Shown: positions 1-9,345 of the stretch, in pieces
Layout: the number at the start of each line of letters is the position of its first letter
How positions within the stretch are numbered: the first letter of the stretch is position 1
Assembly (NCBI GenBank): GCA_039679675.1
Contig: JBDKUN010000019.1
Span: forward strand, 11,017-75,016
DNA from: Armatimonadota bacterium
GTDB lineage: Bacteria; Armatimonadota; UBA5829; DTLH01
Direction of reading: 5' to 3'
DNA length: 64,000 nucleotides
Program-made: the position numbers and the translations under genes
The notes under the pieces: model-generated
The model's database searches: none
What the model saw: only the letters and a program-made list of their open reading frames with translations
Told to the model about the DNA's origin: nothing

Positions 1-3
1 GGG

Positions 4-1464
4 ATGGATCAAGCCGATGTGGATGCAATTATCGGAAAAGCGATTCTCAAGAGGAGGACATTCGTTTATATCAAGCGGCAGCTTCCCCCAGAGATCGGCG
101 ATAAAGTCCGCAAGGCGAATATTCCAGCTGTCGGCATACTGAGTGAGTCGAAGAGAGTCTATCCGTGCGGCAGTCTGGCTGCTCACATACTTGGATTTGC
201 GTGTATTGACGGTATCGGCCGCGAGGGAATCGAACGGGCCGAGGACCATTATCTTAAGGGCCGGGACGGCTATACCGAGGCCGAAGTAGATTCAAAAGGC
301 CGGATTATCCCGGAGACGGAGCGGCGGACGGAGCCGCCGGTCAATGGCTGCAAGATCAATCTGACTATCGATGCATATTTGCAGCATGTCACAGAAGAAG
401 CTCTAGCTGCCAGTTTCAAAAAGTATCATGCTGTTGGAGCTACGGCGATTGTGCTCGATCCGAGAACGGGAGAAATCCTTGCGCTGGCCAATTGTCCGGC
501 TTACGATCCTAACAATCGCAAAGGTGTCAAGGCCGATGTATGGCGGAACAGGGCGATTACCGATCTTTACGAGCCTGGGTCCACTTTGAAAATGGTGACT
601 GTCTCGGCAGGCGTGGAAGAGGGGTTGTCACCGACTGAAGTTATGGCGACCTGCACTCGTCAGGGTATGCAGATCGGCAAGAACAAGGTCAGGTGTTCGC
701 TTCACGCGCCCTACGGATCGGGCCATGGCGCAGTCAATATGTTCGCTATCATCAGGCATTCCTGCAACATAGGTGCAGCGGCTGTTGCGCTCAGGATAGG
801 GCCTGACAAGTTTTACTCATATCTAAAGGGGTTTGGATTGCAGTCCAGACCAGGAAGCGAGATGTCCGGAGAGACCTACTTCCCGCTTGGTTCACCGGAT
901 GGATGGTCTGCTATAAAGCTCGCCAATATCGGTTTTGGACAGGGTATCGCCGTAAGCCCGCTTCAGATGGCCTGCGCGTATGGAGCAATCGCAAACGGCG
1001 GCAAGCTGATGCAGCCGAGGGTGATCCGCGAGATACGTGACCAGGACGGGAAGCTCGTTCGGGCATTCGACCCTAAGGTAGTCCGGCAGGTGGTCTCAGA
1101 GGCTACTGCGAGGAAAGTGACCGAGATGCTGATGGACTGTGTGGACGACGGCACCGGGAAGACGTCCAAGATCGAAGGTTACAGCGTCGCGGGGAAGACC
1201 GGCAGCGCGCAGAAGGCTCGTGTAGATGGGCGCGGATACGCCCCGGGCAAGTTTATTGCTTCCTTTATGGGGTTTGTTCCGGCGCGGAATCCACGGCTGG
1301 TGATTTGTGTAGCGGTCGATGAGCCGAAGGGGACGCACTGGGGAGCTACAGTCGCGGGTCCTGTCTTTAAAGAGATTGCCCAGAGAGCGATGCTCCATCT
1401 GGGGGTTCAGCCGGATGAGCCGCTTTCGCCGGAGATAAAGGTGAAAGGCAACTCCGGCGCGTAG
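4..1464 (+). CDS. ftsI: Class B penicillin-binding protein (FtsI/SpoVD-like), 5' end cut off by the window edge
   Basis: Transpeptidase motifs EPGSTLK (SxxK), HSCN (SxN) and GKTGSAQ (KTG); dimerisation motif KRVYP...AHILG...GIE; sits upstream of murE. Confidence 0.9.
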   Translation: MDQADVDAIIGKAILKRRTFVYIKRQLPPEIGDKVRKANIPAVGILSESKRVYPCGSLAAHILGFACIDGIGREGIERAEDHYLKGRDGYTEAEVDSKGRIIPETERRTEPPVNGCKINLTIDAYLQHVTEEALAASFKKYHAVGATAIVLDPRTGEILALANCPAYDPNNRKGVKADVWRNRAITDLYEPGSTLKMVTVSAGVEEGLSPTEVMATCTRQGMQIGKNKVRCSLHAPYGSGHGAVNMFAIIRHSCNIGAAAVALRIGPDKFYSYLKGFGLQSRPGSEMSGETYFPLGSPDGWSAIKLANIGFGQGIAVSPLQMACAYGAIANGGKLMQPRVIREIRDQDGKLVRAFDPKVVRQVVSEATARKVTEMLMDCVDDGTGKTSKIEGYSVAGKTGSAQKARVDGRGYAPGKFIASFMGFVPARNPRLVICVAVDEPKGTHWGATVAGPVFKEIAQRAMLHLGVQPDEPLSPEIKVKGNSGA

Positions 1465-1482
1465 AAAGTCTTTATCAAGCTT

Positions 1483-1717
1483 GGGGCTGAGAGGCTAGGA
1501 ACGGAAACTTGGGCGAGTTCGGTCCCAGCCTTCAGTCCCGGGGTTTTAGAAGTTTTGTTGTCAGGTGTCGGGACAGATATCTCGATACAACGAAAGATCT
1601 TGCGGCTGTAGTACTCCGGAAAATACTGCGGCTGAGCGAGTTGGGGGCCGTACATGAAGCTGGAACCAGGAATCTTGGGCGAGTCCTACTCTGTGCTGTG
1701 CGGCCCTTTTCTTTTTT
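1483..1717 (+). promoter_or_regulatory. Candidate structured cis-regulatory RNA/attenuator between ftsI and murE
   Basis: Four consecutive stems; repeated motif GGAAWCTTGGGCGAGTYC at 1503 and 1669; the last stem is followed by a T-tract at 1707-1717. Confidence 0.45.
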
Positions 1718-1746
1718 GCTGGATTTTATAAACGGAAAGTGGAATT

Positions 1747-3207
1747 ATGCGCCTTAACGAGCTTATCAAACCGGTTGGAGCAAGCTCTCCGGCTGGTGAC
1801 GTAGATATTACCGGGATCACCTATGACTCTCGCAAGGTGGGTCCCGGTTCGCTGTTTGTAGCCTTCAAAGGCGGGACTTTTGACGGTCATTCGTTTATCG
1901 GAGACGCAGTTGCAAAGGGCGCAGCTGCGATTGTCTCTGAAAGAGAAGTGCAGGCAGATGTCCCCGTAGTTGTTGTCCCAGATTCACGCGCCGCACTTCC
2001 GGCGCTTGCCGCAAAATTCTTCGATTACCCTTCGCGCAAGATGACAATGGTCGGTGTGACCGGCACAAACGGTAAGACGACTACGACGCACATGGTCCAG
2101 AGCATATTTCAGGCTGAAGGGAAAAAGGCCGGGCTCATTGGGACATTAGGGTCGCGAATAGGCGATAAGCTCATCGAGACGGAGCACACCACGCCTGAGT
2201 CGTCGGATTTACAGCAGGTCCTTGCGAAGATGGTCGATGAGAAGGTCGATGCGCTTGCAATGGAGGTCTCATCCCACGCTCTGGTGCAGGGGAGAAGCGC
2301 CTACTGTGAGTTCGACTGTGCGATATTCACCAACCTCACTCAGGACCACCTGGATTTCCACGGGACTCTTGAAGATTATCTTGCAGCCAAACTGATGCTT
2401 TTCTCTGAGTACCCCTCGCGCTCATCAAAGCACTTTGTTGCAGCCGTAAACGTAGACGACCCGTCCGCCGAGAAGGTAATCAAGGCGACAAAAGGCGATA
2501 TAATAACTTACGGGATAGATTCGGAAGCGGATGTAAGAGGTTCCGACATAGATGTAACCGCATCGGGCGTTTCGTTCGTTATAAACTATGGTGGCCGGTT
2601 GACGCAGGTCTCACTGCCGGTCGGCGGCTATTTCAACGCTTATAACAGCCTCTCTGCTGCTGCTGCCGGGTTGGCACTCGGAATAGACCTTGAGACAGTC
2701 GTAAAAGGGCTGGAAAGTGTGTCGAAGGTTCCAGGACGGTTCGAGTCAGTGGACTGCGGGCAGGATTTTGGGGTGCTTGTCGATTATGCGCACACCCCGG
2801 ACGGCTTGGAGAACGTTCTGAAGACGGCCAGAAGCCTCGCTAAAGAGCGATTGATAGCTGTTTTTGGCTGCGGAGGGAACCGCGACCGTGGAAAACGTCC
2901 AATTATGGGCCGGATCGGCTCCGAGCTTGCCGATGTCGTGATAATCACATCCGACAACCCTCGGAAGGAAGACCCGGCGGAGATAATCAAGGACATTCTT
3001 GAAGGAGTGCCGGCTGGCATCAAACCTGATGTCATGGTAGACCGCGGGGATGCGATAGAGCACGCGATTATGATGGCCGAAAGGGGCGATCTGGTAGTAA
3101 TCGCAGGCAAAGGGCACGAGGATTACCAGATTTTCGCCGACCGCACAATTCACTTCGATGACAGGGAAGTAGCGAGAGAAGTTATTAAGAAGAAGCTGAA
3201 CAAGTAA
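1747..3207 (+). CDS. murE: UDP-MurNAc-L-Ala-D-Glu:meso-DAP ligase
   Basis: GVTGTNGKTT, EVSSH, TNLTQDHLDFH, DYAHTPD and the DNPR motif associated with meso-DAP specificity. Confidence 0.97.
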   Translation: MRLNELIKPVGASSPAGDVDITGITYDSRKVGPGSLFVAFKGGTFDGHSFIGDAVAKGAAAIVSEREVQADVPVVVVPDSRAALPALAAKFFDYPSRKMTMVGVTGTNGKTTTTHMVQSIFQAEGKKAGLIGTLGSRIGDKLIETEHTTPESSDLQQVLAKMVDEKVDALAMEVSSHALVQGRSAYCEFDCAIFTNLTQDHLDFHGTLEDYLAAKLMLFSEYPSRSSKHFVAAVNVDDPSAEKVIKATKGDIITYGIDSEADVRGSDIDVTASGVSFVINYGGRLTQVSLPVGGYFNAYNSLSAAAAGLALGIDLETVVKGLESVSKVPGRFESVDCGQDFGVLVDYAHTPDGLENVLKTARSLAKERLIAVFGCGGNRDRGKRPIMGRIGSELADVVIITSDNPRKEDPAEIIKDILEGVPAGIKPDVMVDRGDAIEHAIMMAERGDLVVIAGKGHEDYQIFADRTIHFDDREVAREVIKKKLNK

Positions 3208-3231
3208 AACGTCACACTGAACAAACTACCA

Positions 3232-3296
3232 CGTCACCCTGAACTTGATTCAGGGTCCATTCCTTTTCTGGATTCCGAGTCAAGCTCGGAATGACG
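3232..3296. repeat. REP-like two-hairpin palindromic element
   Basis: ACCCTGAA-cttga-TTCAGGGT and TTCCGAG-tcaag-CTCGGAA enclosed by CGTCA...TGACG; partial copy CGTCACACTGAAC at ~3210. Confidence 0.65.
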
Positions 3297-3323
3297 TTGT
3301 TGATATACAAAAGTAGATAAATA

Positions 3324-4679
3324 ATGATTTACACAATACGCGAGGCGATAGCCGCTCTTGGCGGCGAACTGGTCAAAGGGAAAACCGACACGAAAGTGAC
3401 CGGCGTATCGACAGATACCCGCACAATCAAGCCGGGAGACCTCTTCTTCGCGCTCATAAGCGAAAACTCCGACGGGCACAGGTTCGCCGCTGCTGCTGTA
3501 GAAAAAGGCGCATCCGGTGTTGTCGTCTCTCAAGATGTCGATGCAGAAGGGACGGTTATTCGCGTTCCAGACACGCTGGTGGCTCTTGGCGACCTCGCAG
3601 CGTGGTACCGGCGGCAGTTCAATGTCCGCGCAGTGGGGATTACGGGGAGCGTGGGGAAGACCTCCACAAAAGAGATGATAGCTGCTGTCCTAGGGCGCAG
3701 GTTCAATGTGCTGAAAAACGCGGGAAATTTCAATAACGAGATCGGCGCTCCTCTGACGATATTCCAGCTCCAACCTGAGCACGATATTCTGGTTCAGGAA
3801 ATGGCTATGCGGCTTCCCGGCGAGATCACGGAGCTTGCGGAGATCGTACGGCCTGACATAGGAGTCATCACCAACATCGGGATTTCGCACATAGAGCGGC
3901 TGGGCAGCCGCGATGCGATTGCTGCGGCCAAGTCGGAGCTTCTGGAAGCCCTTCCGATGGAGGGAATCGCCGTTCTCAATGCAGACGATCCCTATTTCGA
4001 GTTTTTATCCGGCAAAGTGCCGTGCAATGTGACCTCTTACGGAGTCAAAGCGGGTGATGTCCGGGCTGAAAATGTCAAGATGGATGCAGATGGAAGGCCG
4101 AGATTTACCGTAGTAGTAGGTGAGGCAAGTTTTGATGTTGCCCTTCCTGTCATAGGCGAGCACAACGTTTTGAACGCTCTTGCCGCAGTGGCCGTGGGCT
4201 TATGTTTCGGTGTCTCCAAGGAGGAAATTGCTGCCGGGCTGGAGTCTTTGTCATCTACGGAAAAACGGGCAAATGTCATCGAGTGTTCAGGCGGCTACAA
4301 GGTTATAGATGACTCCTACAATGCGAGTCCTGCGTCCATGACAGGCGCTCTGAAGACACTTGCCGTTATGGACGGGGCGCGAAAGATAGCCGTGCTCGGC
4401 GATATGAAGGAACTTGGAGACCACGCTGAAGCAGCTCATACCGAAGTGGGAAAGGTCGCTGCAGAATCGGGCTTAAGTATGTTAGTTACCGTCGGGGAGT
4501 TGGCAAAGAACATTTCATCCGGTGCGAAAAGCGCCGGTTTTACCGGAGATATTCTGGAATTCTACACGAGCGATGAAGCCGCCGCCGGTCTTAAAGGTGT
4601 TATCAAGGCCGGTGATGTTGTCCTCGTGAAAGCCTCCCGCTCGATGGAGACAGAAAAGATAGTGGAGGCGCTCAAATGA
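3324..4679 (+). CDS. murF: UDP-MurNAc-tripeptide:D-Ala-D-Ala ligase
   Basis: GITGSVGKTSTKE, NFNNEIG, DDSYNASP, LGDMKELG, LVKASR. Confidence 0.97.
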   Translation: MIYTIREAIAALGGELVKGKTDTKVTGVSTDTRTIKPGDLFFALISENSDGHRFAAAAVEKGASGVVVSQDVDAEGTVIRVPDTLVALGDLAAWYRRQFNVRAVGITGSVGKTSTKEMIAAVLGRRFNVLKNAGNFNNEIGAPLTIFQLQPEHDILVQEMAMRLPGEITELAEIVRPDIGVITNIGISHIERLGSRDAIAAAKSELLEALPMEGIAVLNADDPYFEFLSGKVPCNVTSYGVKAGDVRAENVKMDADGRPRFTVVVGEASFDVALPVIGEHNVLNALAAVAVGLCFGVSKEEIAAGLESLSSTEKRANVIECSGGYKVIDDSYNASPASMTGALKTLAVMDGARKIAVLGDMKELGDHAEAAHTEVGKVAAESGLSMLVTVGELAKNISSGAKSAGFTGDILEFYTSDEAAAGLKGVIKAGDVVLVKASRSMETEKIVEALK

Positions 4680-5716
4680 TGGCGCTTGATATAACTTCTC
4701 TCATAGCATTTTTTATAGCTTTTGTAGGCGCGATGATCATCATGCCTTTCACGATATCCACCCTTAAGGCGATGAAAGCCGGGCAGGTAATACAGCAGGA
4801 AGGCCCGCAAGCTCACGCCGCGAAAGCCGGAACTCCCACAATGGGCGGCATAGGTATTCTCTTTGGGCTGCTCCTTGGAGCCGGGTGGTTCGTCTGCAAA
4901 GAGGTGGCATCTACCGCTGTTCAGCCGCAGTCGCCCAGTATGACGATTGTGTTTGCGGTGCTCATACTTACGCTCGCTTATGCTGTGCTCGGAGCCGCGG
5001 ACGATTATCTGACCATCCGCCCGCGCGGTGGAGTCCGGGGCATCGGCAGCAAACCGAAGTTCGCGCTGCAGTTTCTGATTGCTATTGCATTTGTAGCATG
5101 GCTCAATTACAGCGGAAACATGAGCACTGTCATCAAACTCGGCTCGCTCTTCAGCTTTGACCTCGGTTGGGCGTATGCGCCTCTCGCGGTACTTTTTATC
5201 ACCGGGATGGCGAACTTCGTAAACATTACGGATGGGCTGGATGGCCTTGCCGCGGGGCTCACGATCCCGCTTGCGCTCTCACTTGCCTTGATACCGGCGC
5301 TTATGGGTATCAGCGGCAGTTCACCATACTCCTGCCTGCTTTTCGCCATCGCCGGAGCCTGTCTGGCGTTCCTCTGGTATAACTATAACCCTGCGAAGGT
5401 ATTTATGGGCGATACGGGCTCTCTCGCAATCGGCGTGATGATCCCGGCGCTTGCAATCGTGATGAAACTCGAAGTATTCATGATTATCGCGGGGATGGTC
5501 TTCATACTGGACGGGCTTTCATCCGCCCTGCAGTGGGCGTATTTCAAGTATACGAGGATACGGACCGGTACAGGAAAGCGGATATTCAAGATGAGCCCGG
5601 TGCATCACCATTTCGAGCTTTCCGGTCTGCCTGAGCAGCTTGTTGTGGTCAGATTCTGGATTGTGGGAGCATTATTCGCACTTCTCGCGCTTTTGATTGC
5701 GGGGTTACAACTGTAA
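4676..5716 (+). CDS. mraY: Phospho-MurNAc-pentapeptide transferase
   Basis: KAGTPTMGG, NITDGLDGL, FMGDTGS, PVHHHFE; multiple hydrophobic helices. Confidence 0.97.
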   Translation: MMALDITSLIAFFIAFVGAMIIMPFTISTLKAMKAGQVIQQEGPQAHAAKAGTPTMGGIGILFGLLLGAGWFVCKEVASTAVQPQSPSMTIVFAVLILTLAYAVLGAADDYLTIRPRGGVRGIGSKPKFALQFLIAIAFVAWLNYSGNMSTVIKLGSLFSFDLGWAYAPLAVLFITGMANFVNITDGLDGLAAGLTIPLALSLALIPALMGISGSSPYSCLLFAIAGACLAFLWYNYNPAKVFMGDTGSLAIGVMIPALAIVMKLEVFMIIAGMVFILDGLSSALQWAYFKYTRIRTGTGKRIFKMSPVHHHFELSGLPEQLVVVRFWIVGALFALLALLIAGLQL

Positions 5717-7134
5717 TGACAGAAAAAGAGTTTGCAGGAAGAACAGTTGCTGTCATTGGGATGGCAAGGACGGGAATGGCAGCGGCAGAGGTTCTGACGG
5801 ACCTCGGTGCGCGTGTTATTTTGTTCGATCAGCAACCTGCAAACAAGCTGGAAAGCGCTATAAACGAAGCAAAAAAGCTCGGCGTGGAAGTGAAAGTTGA
5901 GCATCCCGGCGTCGATTTCGATGGCGTCGATCTTCTTATTCCGAGCCCCGGCGTCAGAGCGACTTCACCTATTTTTACAGAGGCGAAGGCTCGCGGCGTC
6001 GAGATCATGTCCGAGATCGAACTGGCGTACCGAATCTCGAAAGCCCCTATGATAGCAATCACCGGAACGAACGGCAAGACAACCACTACTGTTCTTACCG
6101 GAAAGATCATGGAAGCCGACGGCAGGGAGACTTATATCGGCGGCAATGTTGCAGCAGGCGGCCTCAAGCTGCCTCTTGTGAAAGCTGCTCACCAGGCATC
6201 CCCGGACGCGGTCATTGTAGCAGAGATCAGCACATTTCAGCTCGAATGGATTTCAAGTTTCAAGCCGAAAGTTGCGATGCTTCTTAATATCACCGTCGAT
6301 CACCCCGACCGGCACACTCCCGAAGAGTATGCTTTTCTCAAGGAGAGTATATACAGGTATCAGGATTCAAACGACTACTCGGTTTCCAACCTTGATAACA
6401 GCCCATCAGCCGCCGCAGGTTCCCGCGCCCATGGACAAAAGCTCATTTTCAGCAGACTTCAGCCGGTGGAGCAGGGTGCATTCGTAGAAGACAGGCTGAT
6501 AAAGGTTAGAATCGGCGGACGGGAAACGGTCGCCTGTTCTATTGAGGACATCGAGTCATCCGGCAGCCTTCCAGGCACACATAACATCGAAAACGTGCTC
6601 GCAGCGTCGTGTGCGGCGATCGCTATGGGAGCGAAACCTGAGAGCATCGTAACCGCAGTGAGGAATTTTGCCGGTGTTGAGCATAGAATGGAGAAGGTGC
6701 TGACGGCAGGCGGCGTCGAATATATCAATAACTCGATGTGCACTAATGCCGAAGCCTTCGCAAGATCGGTCGAGTCCGTCGGACGTCCTGCTGTGGTCAT
6801 AGCGGGCGGAAAGCACAAGGGTGGAAGCCTCGAACAGGTGGCCCAGGCGGTAAAGAAATACGCTAAGCACCTGGTTCTGATCGGCGCAAGTGCGGACGAG
6901 ATCGAAGAAGCAGTCCGCGAGACGGGATATACGAATATCACCCGTGCAGCCTCGATGGACGACGCAGTAGCTAAGGCAGCCGCGCTTGCGGCGCCTGGTG
7001 ATACGGTTATTCTTGCTCCGGGATGCGCGAGCTTCGACATGTTCATCAGTTTCGAAGAAAGAGGCGACGTTTTTAAGAGCGCCGTAAAGCAGCAAGTATC
7101 TCTGAGGTGGGAAAAAGATGAAAAAGGCTGCTAG
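5716..7134 (+). CDS. murD: UDP-MurNAc-L-Ala:D-Glu ligase
   Basis: SPGV, ITGTNGKTTT, EISTFQL, GVEHRME, PGCASFDMF. Confidence 0.96.
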   Translation: MTEKEFAGRTVAVIGMARTGMAAAEVLTDLGARVILFDQQPANKLESAINEAKKLGVEVKVEHPGVDFDGVDLLIPSPGVRATSPIFTEAKARGVEIMSEIELAYRISKAPMIAITGTNGKTTTTVLTGKIMEADGRETYIGGNVAAGGLKLPLVKAAHQASPDAVIVAEISTFQLEWISSFKPKVAMLLNITVDHPDRHTPEEYAFLKESIYRYQDSNDYSVSNLDNSPSAAAGSRAHGQKLIFSRLQPVEQGAFVEDRLIKVRIGGRETVACSIEDIESSGSLPGTHNIENVLAASCAAIAMGAKPESIVTAVRNFAGVEHRMEKVLTAGGVEYINNSMCTNAEAFARSVESVGRPAVVIAGGKHKGGSLEQVAQAVKKYAKHLVLIGASADEIEEAVRETGYTNITRAASMDDAVAKAAALAAPGDTVILAPGCASFDMFISFEERGDVFKSAVKQQVSLRWEKDEKGC

Positions 7135-8356
7135 AAGACAGCCTGCGGATGGCTGGTTCTTTGCGACTACAGTGATGCTGGTAGTTGTCGGCATACTGCT
7201 GGTATTCGATTCCAGTTTTGCAAGAGCCGGTGATAAGGGTCTGTCGAACTCGTGGTATTTTGTGAACCGGCAGATTATGTTCGCCGCTATCGGGTTTGTG
7301 GGCCTGTTTCTGGGGATGAAAATCCATCCTGAGAAGTTGAGAACCGTGACAAAGATCTTCATGCTTCTTTCCATCATACTCCTTGGGGTTGTTATGGTCC
7401 CTGGGCTCGGAAAATCGATTGCAGGAGCTGCGAGATGGATTCCCATCGGGCCGTTCCATCTTCAGCCGTCTGAGGTTGCCAAACTTGCGGTCATCTTTTA
7501 CCTGGCGGACCGGCTTTCTGCAAAAGGCCCTCAGATCAGACAGATCGGAGTGCTGATTTCGCATCTTGCGGTTGTCGGTCTGATTGTAGCATTTGTCCTT
7601 GTCGAGCCGGATATGGGGACAGCGTCATCTATTGTCTTTATCACGGCTGCCATGCTCTATGTTGCAGGTGTGAGGAAGCGGCATATGATCGGGCTGGCTG
7701 CGACAGGCATAGCTATGGGCGGACTGCTGATAGCCATCGAGCCGTACAGGCTTCAGAGGGTATTGACGTTCCTCGATCCAAGCAAGGACTACTATGGGAG
7801 CGGTTATCAGATCACGCATGCCTTGATGGCCCTTGCTACAGGCGGTATCGCCGGGGTAGGTCCTTGTGAAGGACGCGAAAAGTTTTTCATCCCCGCGCCT
7901 CAGACTGATATGATCGCAGCGACGCTTGCCGAAGAAGCCGGGCTTATCGGAATGCTTATCCTGCTCGGCCTGTTTTTCGTATTCACATATCGAGGGTTTT
8001 GCATAGGGCATAAAGCAAAGAGCCCGTATATGGGGTTTCTTGCGATAGGTATAACTTCGATGATCAGCGTTCAGGCTATTATGAATGTTGCAGTGTTTAG
8101 CGCATCGATGCCTGCAACGGGAGTGCCGCTGCCGTTCATCAGCTACGGCGGGTCGCATCTTCTGGTAATGCTGTTCGGCGCGGGAATAGTCCTTTCTGTG
8201 TCGCGGCACCTGGAAGAGCAGATAAAAGAACCGGAATTGGAAGCTTATGAAAATCGTTGTAACAGGCGGAGGGACAGGCGGGCATATTTATCCTGCACTG
8301 AGTATCGCTCATCAGCTAGAGGCGGAAGGCGTCGAAGAACTCCTGTTCGTCGGTAG
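7118..8356 (+). CDS. ftsW: SEDS peptidoglycan glycosyltransferase FtsW
   Basis: GAARWI, QPSEVAK, EPDMGT, GYQ, TGVPLPFISYGGS; lies between murD and murG. Confidence 0.95.
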   Translation: MKKAARRQPADGWFFATTVMLVVVGILLVFDSSFARAGDKGLSNSWYFVNRQIMFAAIGFVGLFLGMKIHPEKLRTVTKIFMLLSIILLGVVMVPGLGKSIAGAARWIPIGPFHLQPSEVAKLAVIFYLADRLSAKGPQIRQIGVLISHLAVVGLIVAFVLVEPDMGTASSIVFITAAMLYVAGVRKRHMIGLAATGIAMGGLLIAIEPYRLQRVLTFLDPSKDYYGSGYQITHALMALATGGIAGVGPCEGREKFFIPAPQTDMIAATLAEEAGLIGMLILLGLFFVFTYRGFCIGHKAKSPYMGFLAIGITSMISVQAIMNVAVFSASMPATGVPLPFISYGGSHLLVMLFGAGIVLSVSRHLEEQIKEPELEAYENRCNRRRDRRAYLSCTEYRSSARGGRRRRTPVRR

Positions 8357-9329
8357 CCAGCATGGCCCTGAGAGGCAGTTGGCCGAACAGGTTGGTCTGC
8401 GCTTTCTGGCTGTCCCAAGCGGGCCTATAGCAGGAATGTCATTGAAAACGGTGCGCTCTATGGGGCGGCTTGGCCTCGGTATCGTGAAGGCATGCTCTAT
8501 CCTGCGAGAGTTCAAGCCGGATGTCCTTGTAGGGACTGGCGGCTATACCAGCGCCGGTGTGGCGCTTGCGCAGTGGCTTCTTGGCGGTAAGGTCGTTATC
8601 CACGAACAAAACTCCATCCCCGGCAAGACAAACCGAATGCTTGCGAAGCTTGCAAAAAAAGTATTCGTGACGTTTGAAGAGTCGGTCGATTATTTTCCCA
8701 GGGAAAAGACGGTAGTGACAGGACTTCCGGTGAGACCGGAGATCATAGCAGGCAAAGACAGACGCGCGGCTCGCGAGTCGTTCGGCCTGGACCCGGACAA
8801 GTTCACTCTGCTGGTTTTCGGCGGAAGCCAGGGAGCGCGGCGCGTAAACGAGATGGTCCTCGAAGCTGTGCCGCAGCTCATCGCAGCAGGAATACAGGTG
8901 CTGCACCAGACCGGAAAGAAGAATTTTGAGGATGTTTCTGCAAAACGGCCGGACCTGTCTGGGTATGTTATCCTTCCATACATAGACGATATGGCGGGAG
9001 CGTATTCGGCGGCTGATCTGGTAGTCTCAAGGAGCGGGGCTTCAAGTATTGCTGAGATTACGGCATGTGGAGTGCCGTCTGTCTTGATTCCATTCCCTTA
9101 CGCGCATGCAGACCATCAGACAAAGAACGCCGAAGCTGTCGCACGGGCCGGTGCTGCTATCGCAGTTGCAGAAAAGGGACTGACAGGATCAGTACTTACA
9201 GGTATAATTATAGAGTTGGCTGCTGACAAGGAGAAAATCAGCAAGATGGCTGAAGCAAGCAGAAAACTCGGCCGCCCGAACGCGGCGCTTGATATAACAA
9301 AAATAATCCGCGATTTAGCGGCGAATTAG
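8247..9329 (+). CDS. murG: Lipid I N-acetylglucosaminyltransferase
   Basis: GGGTGGHIYP, HEQN, GGSQGA, RSGASS, DHQTKNA. Confidence 0.97.
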   Translation: MKIVVTGGGTGGHIYPALSIAHQLEAEGVEELLFVGSQHGPERQLAEQVGLRFLAVPSGPIAGMSLKTVRSMGRLGLGIVKACSILREFKPDVLVGTGGYTSAGVALAQWLLGGKVVIHEQNSIPGKTNRMLAKLAKKVFVTFEESVDYFPREKTVVTGLPVRPEIIAGKDRRAARESFGLDPDKFTLLVFGGSQGARRVNEMVLEAVPQLIAAGIQVLHQTGKKNFEDVSAKRPDLSGYVILPYIDDMAGAYSAADLVVSRSGASSIAEITACGVPSVLIPFPYAHADHQTKNAEAVARAGAAIAVAEKGLTGSVLTGIIIELAADKEKISKMAEASRKLGRPNAALDITKIIRDLAAN

Positions 9330-9345
9330 TGGGAATCAATATTTT

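Noticed and set aside
1655..1706. c-di-AMP (ydaO/yuaA) riboswitch, from GGAACCA...TTGGGCGAGTCC
   Set aside because: The 5' GCTGAATC and 3' CCCG..CCCGTCAGCTAAC signatures are absent; only a short resemblance remains
1509..1757. 82-aa ORFs in the ftsI-murE gap, and the 113-aa ORF at 19537-19878
   Set aside because: Non-ATG or weak starts, no RBS or motifs; the regions are better explained by RNA structure
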